Source: Acidimicrobiia bacterium (GTDB taxonomy: Bacteria; Actinomycetota; Acidimicrobiia; Spongiisociales; ZC4RG35). Taken from it: a stretch of DNA of 64,000 nt. Below are positions 54,523-64,000 of the stretch, piece by piece (position 1 is the first letter of the stretch; every line of letters starts with the position of its first letter). A model generated the notes under the pieces. The model was not told the DNA's origin. It ran no database searches and saw nothing but the letters and a program-made list of their open reading frames with translations. A program made the position numbers and the translations under genes. The stretch spans positions 20,233 through 84,232 of the forward strand of contig DASVDX010000070.1 in assembly GCA_036380875.1 (NCBI GenBank), read 5' to 3'.

Positions 54523-56919
54523 ATGAAGGTCTCACTCAACTGGCTACTCGAATTCGTCGACCTCCCGACCCGGGACGTGGGCGAGCTCTCTCGCGTCCTG
54601 GCCTTCCTGGGCCATGAGGTCGAGGGAGTGGAGACGATCGAAGTCGGGTGGACCGATGTCGTCGTCGCCCATGTCGATGACGTCCAGCCCCACCCCAACG
54701 CCGACAAGGTGCGTCTGTGCGCGGTGTCGACCGGAGGCGATCCCATCGACGTCGTGTGCGGGGCATGGAACTTCGAGGCGGGGGCCAAGGTGGCGTTCGC
54801 CAAGCCCGGCGCGGTGCTTCCCGGGGACTTCCAGATCGGTGTCCGCACCATTCGCGGAGTCGAATCGCACGGGATGATCTGCTCGGAGAAGGAACTGGGT
54901 CTAGGAGACGACGCCGAGGGCATCCTCGTACTCGAGCCGGGTGCGCCGGTGGGCCAGCCTCTGGAGACCCTGCTCACTTTGCCCGACGTTGTGTTCGACC
55001 TGGCGGTCACGACGAACCGGCCGGACGCCATGTCCATCCTGGGAATCGCCCGCGACCTCGCCGCCTGGTACGGGATCACCGTGAAGCGGCCGACGCCCAA
55101 CCCGCCCACCGTTCCCGGCGCTCCCGACATGGCAGTGCGGATCGACGATCCTGTGGGCAATCCCCGCTTCTTCGCCCGCCAAGTCGACGGGGTGACGATC
55201 CGGCCTTCGCCGCTGTGGATGCGCCACCGCCTCCGCCTGTCGGGGGTGCGTCCGATCTACAACATCGTCGACGTCACCAACTACGTGATGCTGGAGCTCG
55301 GCCAACCGCTCCACGTGTTCGACCTGGACCGGCTCGACGGAGACGAACTGGTAGTGCGAAGGGCCGAGGAAGGGGAGCGCCTCGTCACCTTGGACGGAGT
55401 CGAGCGCACCTTGTCGGCCGCCGACATCGTGATCTGCGACGCCGACGGCCCCACCTCATTGGCCGGCACGATGGGTGGCGAGGATTCCGAGGTCATCCAT
55501 ACGACCACCCGGACCTTGATCGAGGCCGCCAGCTGGGATCCGCCTTCGATCATGCACACCTCGCGCCGTCACGGGCTGCGTTCGGAGGCCTCCGCCCGCT
55601 TCGAGAGGGGAGTCGATCCCGAGCTGCCTCCGCTCGCGTCATTGCGAGCGGCAGAGCTCGTTCTGGAAACTGCCGGCGGCCGACTCCGAGACGAGGCCGT
55701 CGACGTGGTCGCCAGGCCCTTCGAGCCGACAGTCGTGCGTCTGACCGTCGCTGACGTGACCCGCATCCTCGGCGAGGGCTTCGACAGCGACCGCATCGCT
55801 GGCCTCCTACGACGGCTGGGTTTCGAGGTCGAAGGGGACAACCCGATGATCGTGACTGTTCCGAGTTATCGGCCCGACGTGACTCGCCCAATCGACCTCG
55901 TCGAGGAAGTCGCCCGCCTCGCCGACTACGACTCGTTCCCGGAGCGGCTCCGGCCAGGTACGGGTGGCGGCCTCACCCCGGACCAGAGGCTGGAGCGCCG
56001 ACTGCGAGAATTGCTCGTCGGCCTCGGCTACAGCCAGGCGATCACGTTGCCCTTCGTGACGTCCTCCGACCTGGAGGCGTTCGATGCGCCCTCCGACCAC
56101 GAGCTGCACCAGACGATCCGGGTCAAGAACCCGCTGAGCGACGAGGAGGCGATCCTGCGCCCCTCGCTCCTTCCCGGGCTACTCCGCGTGATCCGCCACA
56201 ACCGCAACCGGGGGGCCTCGACGGTCGCCGTCTTCGAGCAAGGAAGGGTCTTCCACAACCGGCCGTGGAACCGTGACAAGCGGGTCCCCGACCAGCCGGT
56301 GCGTCTGGCGTTCGCCTCCATCGGCGTCGTTGGGCCCGCCGATCTCGCCGGCAGCGGGGTCGCGGCCGATGGGGCGTCGGCTGCCGCCCTCGTCCGTCGG
56401 CTGGCCGCCGGGTTGGGCCTGCACATCGAGTTCCACCAGGACGCCGCCCCCGGATTCCATCCGACCCGCACCGCCCGAATCACGAGCGACGGCAACTTCG
56501 TCGGATACGTGGGCGAGTTGCATCCCCACACCGCCCGGGCCTTCGACATCGAAGACCGGGTGGCGGTGGGCGAACTCGACATGGAAGCCTTGTTGGGCGC
56601 CCGACGGGACCCCGAGTTCCGTCCGATCAGCCCGTACCCACCCGCCGACTTCGACCTGTCGTTCGAGGTGGACGCCGAACTCCCTGCCGCCACGCTCGCC
56701 GACGCGCTGCGTCAAGGCGGGGGAGACCTGGTGGAGCGCATCGAAGTGTTCGACGAATTCCGGGGCGGCAACCTGGCGCCGGATCGAAAATCGCTGGCGT
56801 TCAGCGTCCGCCTGCGGGCCCCGGACCGGACTCTCACCGCCGAGGAGATCGGCGCGGTGCGGGAGGCGATGATCGCCGCCGCCGGCGCCAAGAACGCCGT
56901 GCTGAGAGGGAGCGCATGA
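54523..56919 (+). CDS. pheT: Phenylalanyl-tRNA synthetase beta subunit
   Basis: HPNADK, SHGMICSEKELG, NRPD, VDVTNYVMLELGQPLH, RFERG. Confidence 0.97.
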   Translation: MKVSLNWLLEFVDLPTRDVGELSRVLAFLGHEVEGVETIEVGWTDVVVAHVDDVQPHPNADKVRLCAVSTGGDPIDVVCGAWNFEAGAKVAFAKPGAVLPGDFQIGVRTIRGVESHGMICSEKELGLGDDAEGILVLEPGAPVGQPLETLLTLPDVVFDLAVTTNRPDAMSILGIARDLAAWYGITVKRPTPNPPTVPGAPDMAVRIDDPVGNPRFFARQVDGVTIRPSPLWMRHRLRLSGVRPIYNIVDVTNYVMLELGQPLHVFDLDRLDGDELVVRRAEEGERLVTLDGVERTLSAADIVICDADGPTSLAGTMGGEDSEVIHTTTRTLIEAASWDPPSIMHTSRRHGLRSEASARFERGVDPELPPLASLRAAELVLETAGGRLRDEAVDVVARPFEPTVVRLTVADVTRILGEGFDSDRIAGLLRRLGFEVEGDNPMIVTVPSYRPDVTRPIDLVEEVARLADYDSFPERLRPGTGGGLTPDQRLERRLRELLVGLGYSQAITLPFVTSSDLEAFDAPSDHELHQTIRVKNPLSDEEAILRPSLLPGLLRVIRHNRNRGASTVAVFEQGRVFHNRPWNRDKRVPDQPVRLAFASIGVVGPADLAGSGVAADGASAAALVRRLAAGLGLHIEFHQDAAPGFHPTRTARITSDGNFVGYVGELHPHTARAFDIEDRVAVGELDMEALLGARRDPEFRPISPYPPADFDLSFEVDAELPAATLADALRQGGGDLVERIEVFDEFRGGNLAPDRKSLAFSVRLRAPDRTLTAEEIGAVREAMIAAAGAKNAVLRGSA

Positions 56920-57803
56920 ACTTCCTGTCCGTCGCCGACCTCACCGCCGAGGCCCTGGCGGACGTGCTCGGCCTGGCGGCCGACGTGAAGCAGGAGCCTG
57001 GCCGATACTCGACGGCCCTCGCCGGCCGCTCGATCGGGCTCTTCTTCGCCAAGCAGAGCCTGCGCACCTGGGTCTCGTGCGATGTGGCGGCGATCCAACT
57101 CGGCGCCCATCCGCTGTCGATCCGTGACGACACGGCCGGCCTCGGCACCCGCGAGACGCCTGCCGATGTGGCCCGGGTTCTCGACCGATACCTCGACCTC
57201 CTCGCCTTGCGGGTCCACCGCCACGAGGACCTGGTGGAGATCGCCCGGCACGCCGAGATGCCCATCGTCAACCTGCTCTCCGACCGGGAGCACCCGTGCC
57301 AGGCACTGGCCGACCTGCAGACGATCGCCGAGCACCGCGAGCTCAACGGGGCGACGATCACGTTCATCGGCGACGGCAACAACGTGTGCCATTCGCTGAT
57401 GCTCGGCGCCGCGATGGTCGGAGCCACTGTCCGAGTGGTTGGACCACCGGGATACGAGCCCGACGACGATGTACTCGAGGTGGCCAGGAAGTTCGGCGAC
57501 GTCACCGCACTCCACGACCCGCACGAGGCGGTGGCCGGGAGCGACGTCGTCTACACGGACGTGTGGGCGTCGATGGGCCAGGAGGCGGAGGCCGAGCTGC
57601 GCCGCCGCCACTTCGAGCCCTATCGGGTGACGCTCGAATTGTTCGAGGCCGCCGGGCCGGATGCGATCTTCATGCATTGCTTGCCGGCGCACAGGGGGGA
57701 GGAAGTCGTCGACGAGGTGATCGACCATCCCCGGTCGGTCGTGTTCGACCAGGCAGAGAACCGTCTCCATTCGTTCAAGGCGCTGCTCCTCCACCTGCTG
57801 TGA
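56916..57803 (+). CDS. argF: Ornithine carbamoyltransferase
   Basis: SLRT, HPCQ, DGNNV, DVWASMGQE, HCLPA. Confidence 0.9.
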   Translation: MNFLSVADLTAEALADVLGLAADVKQEPGRYSTALAGRSIGLFFAKQSLRTWVSCDVAAIQLGAHPLSIRDDTAGLGTRETPADVARVLDRYLDLLALRVHRHEDLVEIARHAEMPIVNLLSDREHPCQALADLQTIAEHRELNGATITFIGDGNNVCHSLMLGAAMVGATVRVVGPPGYEPDDDVLEVARKFGDVTALHDPHEAVAGSDVVYTDVWASMGQEAEAELRRRHFEPYRVTLELFEAAGPDAIFMHCLPAHRGEEVVDEVIDHPRSVVFDQAENRLHSFKALLLHLL

Positions 57804-58363
57804 AACAGATCGACCTGGCCGAGTTCCTCGCAGGGCGTTCCTGGGAGGTGGCGCCGCGGCTCATCGGCTGGCGGCTCGAGACCCGGTTCGAAGGCGTCAC
57901 CACCGCGGTGGTACTCACCGAGGTGGAGGCTTACGACCAGACCGATCCGGCCTCCCATTCCTACCGCGGGCCGACCAACCGGGCGGCGATCATGTTCGGC
58001 CCTCCCGGGAACCTCTACGTCTACCGCTCCTATGGGCTGCATTGGTGCGCGAACATCGTCACCGGGCCGGAAGGTCACGGAGCCGCCGTGCTCCTGCGGG
58101 CCGGAATCCCCGTCGAGGGAGTCGATGAGATGGTGCGGCGCCGGGGCCGGGCCACCAACCTCACAGACGGGCCCGGGAAACTGACCGAGGCTTTGGGAAT
58201 AACGGGCGACCACAACGGGTTGGACCTGATCCACGAGGATTCGGTCCGGCTCCTGCCGACGGGGGAGTCATTCACCGTCCTCGCCACGCCTAGAATCGGT
58301 ATCACCAAAGCGGTGGAAAAGCCGTGGAGGTTCGTGGCGGTGACCGACGGTAAGGGATTTTGA
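57800..58363 (+). CDS. mpg: 3-methyladenine DNA glycosylase (AAG/MPG family)
   Basis: TEVEAY, SHSYRG, YVYRSYGLHWC.N, AVLLRA, GPGKL, PRIGI, PWRF. Confidence 0.93.
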   Translation: MKQIDLAEFLAGRSWEVAPRLIGWRLETRFEGVTTAVVLTEVEAYDQTDPASHSYRGPTNRAAIMFGPPGNLYVYRSYGLHWCANIVTGPEGHGAAVLLRAGIPVEGVDEMVRRRGRATNLTDGPGKLTEALGITGDHNGLDLIHEDSVRLLPTGESFTVLATPRIGITKAVEKPWRFVAVTDGKGF

Positions 58364-58387
58364 AACGCCGGTAGCCGCTACTACGAT
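58360..58387 (+). promoter_or_regulatory. Putative rrn promoter
   Basis: TTGAAA-16 nt-TACGAT about 370 nt upstream of 16S. Confidence 0.55.
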
Positions 58388-58572
58388 GCTGGTTCCGTCT
58401 GGGAATGCGCCTGGCGTTTCTCCTGGACGGACCCACCACCAGCGGGGTGCCGAGAACTGGGAGCGACAGGCTCTCGGTTCGGCTACGCGCCCCGGTTTGG
58501 CATCTGTTTCGTGAGCGGGCTACCGTGCCTGCTCCGCCGAGGGCGCCGAACGCGCCCGGTGGGAGTCGAGGG

Positions 58573-58592
58573 CTCCTTGACAACTGAACAGC
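58573..58592 (+). other. 5' strand of 16S processing stalk / boxA-like element
   Basis: CTCCTTGACAACTGAACAGC is 18/20 complementary to 60451-60470. Confidence 0.8.
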
Positions 58593-58757
58593 GTGACCAA
58601 AAGTCAGCAATGCACGCGTAGGTGAGGCCCCCAGGCTGAACCTCGCAATTGCATCGCTTGGACCGCTTGCCATCAGGCAAGCGGATCCAGGACTCGATTA
58701 GAGCAGATGCAAACTCGAAAATGACATAGAGCACCCCCTCGGGGATGCTCAGGATGT

Positions 58758-60284
<1,527 letters not shown>

Positions 60285-60450
60285 CTAAGGAGCTAAGACG
60301 GATGGTATTTGCACCATCCCAGCTCTTAGTTGATCTGCTGACTATTCATCTCCTTCTCCGATCTCAGAGTCTCGACGGAACGAACGAGCTCGTCGCAAGG
60401 CGAGTGGTTCGGATGAGTCGTGCCTCGAGGGAAGAGGCGAGATGGGTCAT

Positions 60451-60470
60451 GCTGTTCAGTCGTGAAGGAG
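60451..60470 (+). other. 3' strand of 16S processing stalk
   Basis: GCTGTTCAGTCGTGAAGGAG pairs with 58573-58592. Confidence 0.8.
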
Positions 60471-60520
60471 TCCTCCCGGAGGCCTGGCATGTGCCAGGCG
60501 CTCTAGGACGCCTTCAGGCA

Positions 60521-60539
60521 CCTTGAGAACTGCATAGCG
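60521..60539 (+). other. 5' strand of 23S processing stalk / boxA-like element
   Basis: CCTTGAGAACTGCATAGCG is similar to leader CCTTGACAACTGAACAGCG. Confidence 0.65.
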
Positions 60540-61102
60540 AGCACGATGTCTTGGAATTCTCTATATCCAAGCTACTAAGGGCCAACGGTGGATGCCTTGG
60601 CGCTAGGAGACGATGAAGGACGTGGCAGGCTGCGATAAGCCCCGGGGAGCCGTCAAGCAGGCACCGATCCGGGGATGTCCGAATGGGGAAACCCGACTGG
60701 GGTCATGCCCAGTCACTCCGGTCTGAACACATAGGGCCGGTAGAGACAACCAGGGGAATTGAAACATCTCAGTACCCTGAGGAAAGGAAAGCAATAGCGA
60801 CTCCCTGAGTAGTGGCGAGCGAAACGGGATGAGCCTAAACCGATGCAGTGTCAAAGCCCGGTGGCGTTGCTGTATCGGGGTCGTGGGACCCACCCGCTGG
60901 TGCACCGGAGCCGGCAAGGAGTTACAAACTCGGCGGTTAGTCGAACACAGCTGGAAAGCTGGGCCACAGGAGGTAATAGCCCTGTAGACGAAAACTGACC
61001 GAGCTCCTGGTGGTGTTCCCAAGTAGCACGGAGGATATTCCGTGTGAATCTGCGAGGACCACCTCGTAAGGCTAAGTACTACCTAGCGACCGATAGCGGA
61101 CA

Positions 61103-61133
<31 letters not shown>

Positions 61134-61622
61134 GGCGAGGGGAGTGAAATAGTACCTGAAACCGTTGGCTTACAAGCAGTGGGAGGAGTTGCTTGCAACT
61201 CTGACCGCCTGCCTTTTGAAGAATGAGCCGACGAGTTAGCGATATGTGGCGAGGTTAAGGTGTAAAGCCGTAGCCGAAGCGAAAGCGAGTCTTAATAGGG
61301 CGTCTAGTCGCATGTCCTAGACCCGAAGCCGAGTGAGCTATCCATGGGCAGGGTGAAGCGAGGGTAAGACCTCGTGGAGGCCCGAACCCACCAAGGCGAA
61401 AACTTGGGGGATGACCTGTGGATAGGGGTGAAAGGCCAATCAAACTCGGCGATAGCTGGTTCTCCCCGAAATAGCTTTTGGGCTAGCGTCGTGTGTTCCG
61501 TGCTGGGGGTAGAGCACTGATTGGGCTAGGGGGCCAACAAGCTTACCGAACTCAGTCAAACTCCGAATCCCAGTACGCCAAGCACGGCAGTCAGTCTACG
61601 GGGGATGAGCTTCGTAGACGCG

Positions 61623-61655
<33 letters not shown>

Positions 61656-61728
61656 CAAATCTCAACTAAGTGGGAAACGATGTGGGATCGCCCAAACAGC
61701 CAGGATGTTGGCTTAGAAGCAGCCACCA

Positions 61729-61764
<36 letters not shown>

Positions 61765-62646
61765 CCTGCGCGGAAAATGTAACGGGGCTCAAGTTGAGTA
61801 CCGAAGCTGCGGGATTTCGTGACGATTCGTCGTCACGGGATCGGTAGGGGAGCGTCATGCCACCAGCGAAGCGGCGGCGTAAGCCAGCCGTGGAGGTGAC
61901 ATGAGTGAGAATGTCGGCATGAGTAGCGAAAGAGGAGTGAGAATCTCCTCCGCCGAATGTCCAAGGGTTCCTGGGGAAGGTTCGTCCGCCCAGGGTAAGT
62001 CGGGACCTAAGGCGAGGCCGCGAGGCGTAGTCGATGGACAACAGGTTGATATTCCTGTACCGCTCTATGCGCGTCCCGGCCGAATCTGGTGTGCTAAGGA
62101 AAGCCCTTCGGGGCCTACCGACCCCGCCAGTACTAGGCCAGCGATGGGGTGACACGGAAAGGTAAGCGGACCCGGGCGATGGTTGTTCCCGGGGTAAGCG
62201 TGCGGGGCGGCACCTAGGCAAATCCGGGTGCCACAAAGCCCGAGGCGCGATGCCGAGCCGCTTTAGGCGAAGCCGCTGACCCTATGCCGTCGAGAAAAAC
62301 CTCTAGCGAGCTCATAGGGCGCCCGTACCCCAAACCGACACAGGTGGACAGGTAGAGAATACCAAGGCGAGCGAGTTAACCCTGGTTAAGGAACTCGGCA
62401 AAATGGCTCCGTAACTTCGGGAGAAGGAGCGCCCCGGTAAGGTGAAGGACTTCGCGTCCCGAGCTTGAGGGGGCCGCAGAAACCAGGCCCAAGCGACTGT
62501 TTACCAAAAACACAGCAGCGTGCTAAGTCGCAAGACGACGTATACGCTGTGACGCCTGCCCGGTGCTGGAAGGTTAAGTGGATGGGTTAGCTTCGGCGAA
62601 GCCCTGAAACAAAGCCCCAGTAAACGGCGGCCGTAACTATAACGGT

Positions 62647-63398
62647 TACTACCCAAGTGGCCGTGGGTAAACCTGGCTGTATGCTGGGACATCCGAGTAT
62701 CCGACGGTACTCGTTCATGTCACAACCGTCTCGTACGGTGCTGACATGGGCAGTGAAAATCCGATCGGTGCGGACGATCAGCAGGAAACCGAACGCACTG
62801 TGGAGCTCGCTCCCTGGTGGGTTGTCGGGTTCGTCGATGGTGAAGGCTGCTTCTCAGTGAGCCTGCACCGGAACGAACTGGCAACACCCACAAGAGGCTG
62901 GCACATCCAGCCGACGTTCCAGGTCTCTCAGCATTGCGACAACCGCGGTGTCTTGTTGGAGCTCCGAGACTTCTTCGGGGCCGGCACCGTGAGGAGCAAG
63001 GGCCCGAGAACCCCTGTGCACGTCTATGTGGTTCACAGCACCAAGGAGCTGATGAGAACGGTGATCCCGTTCTTCGAGGGGCATCCACTACGCGTCAAGC
63101 GGGAGGACTTCGAGATCTTCGCCCGGATCACCCGAGCGATCAGATCGAGGAGTCATCACCGCCCAGAGGTGTTCGATGAGCTGGTGCGACTGGCCTACTC
63201 GATGAATGCGAGAGGCAAACAACGCAAACGGCCCATCGAAGAGATCCTCTCGGGATCCTCAGAGACTGTACGCCAGGCACCACTCTCATCTGAGTGGTGA
63301 AGATACAGTCCGATCCTCATGGCGACATGAGGAGCCAGACAGAAATGATCTGGCCACTCACATTCGAATATGAGCCGAATGTGAGGAGTAACAACATG
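62647..63398 (+). mobile_element. Group I intron (IB-like) inserted after 23S U1923 (E. coli numbering)
   Basis: Splits AACTATAACGGT|CCTAAGGTAGCG; U.G in P1 with IGS GCCGT; P4 TGCTG/CAGCA; P7 GACTGT/ACAGTC; terminal G. Confidence 0.95.
62746..63300 (+). CDS. Single-motif LAGLIDADG homing endonuclease in the intron
   Basis: WVVGFVDGEGCFSV motif, FQVSQ, PFFEGHPL..KREDF; alternative start GTG 62800. Confidence 0.92.
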   Translation: MGSENPIGADDQQETERTVELAPWWVVGFVDGEGCFSVSLHRNELATPTRGWHIQPTFQVSQHCDNRGVLLELRDFFGAGTVRSKGPRTPVHVYVVHSTKELMRTVIPFFEGHPLRVKREDFEIFARITRAIRSRSHHRPEVFDELVRLAYSMNARGKQRKRPIEEILSGSSETVRQAPLSSEW

Positions 63399-63453
<55 letters not shown>

Positions 63454-63963
63454 CGACTTGGGCACTGTCTCAACCAGGGACTCGGCGAAATTGCAGTGTG
63501 AGTAAAGATGCTCACTACCTGCGGCAGGACGGAAAGACCCCGGAACCTTGACTGTAGCTTGACATTGGAGTCTGACGGGTGATGTGTAGGATAGGTGGGA
63601 GACTGGGAAGCAGCGGCGCCAGCCGTTGTGGAGTCGCCCTTGAAATACCACCCTTCACTCGGCGGCCTTCTAACCTCGGTCCGTTATCCGGATCAGGGAC
63701 AGTGTCTGGTAGGCAGTTTCACTGGGGCGGTGGCCTCCTAAAAGGTAACGGAGGCGCCCAAAGGTTCCCTCAATCCGGTTGGCAATCGGATGTTGAGTGT
63801 AAAGGCACAAGGGAGCTTGACTGCGAGACCTACAAGTCGAGCAGGGACGAAAGTCGGGCTTAGTGATCCCATGGTGGCATGTGGGTGCGCCATGGCTCAA
63901 CGGCTAAAAGGTACTCCGGGGATAACAGGCTCATACCCCCCAAGAGTCCATATCGACGGGGGT

Positions 63964-64000
<37 letters not shown>

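Noticed and set aside
60285-60564. tRNA-Ile/Ala in the ITS
   Set aside because: No cloverleaf or TTCGA T-loop with acceptor stem seen
63530-63545. Macrolide-resistance change at A2058/A2059
   Set aside because: Sequence GGAAAGACCCC is wild type

Overview
High-GC chromosomal segment of an actinobacterium, probably class Acidimicrobiia (inferred from 16S/23S features, mIHF, the domain III 23S insert and GCNPP-type SLH domains). Most of it is conserved core: hisS-aspS-hydrolase-rarA-small ORF-alaS-ruvX-mltG-aroE-DUF4388-prepilin peptidase-aroCKB-efp-nusB; a PyrR-controlled pyrRBC-carAB-pyrDF operon; mihF-gmk-rpoZ-coaBC-metK-priA; def-fmt-rpe-REC/GGDEF-ribDEBAH; infC-rpmI-rplT-trmH-pheST-argF-mpg; and an rRNA operon (16S, ITS without tRNA, 23S cut by the window end). 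One accessory block (31.2-44.7 kb) holds a MocR regulator, an ABC importer, a reductive pyrimidine catabolic operon lacking PreA/PreT but carrying an F420-type LLM oxidoreductase, and a convergent SLH-anchored 5'-nucleotidase. Highlights: (1) a 752-nt group I intron at 23S position 1923 (the I-CeuI site) whose LAGLIDADG ORF overlaps the ribozyme core; (2) the candidate F420-dependent pyrimidine reduction route; (3) mini-ORFs with ATGA overlaps at both ends bridging intergenic gaps; (4) an L20-leader-like attenuator and ATC start for infC, and a CTG start with degenerate helicase motifs for priA. All calls come from reading the sequence and recalled family motifs; no searches were run.
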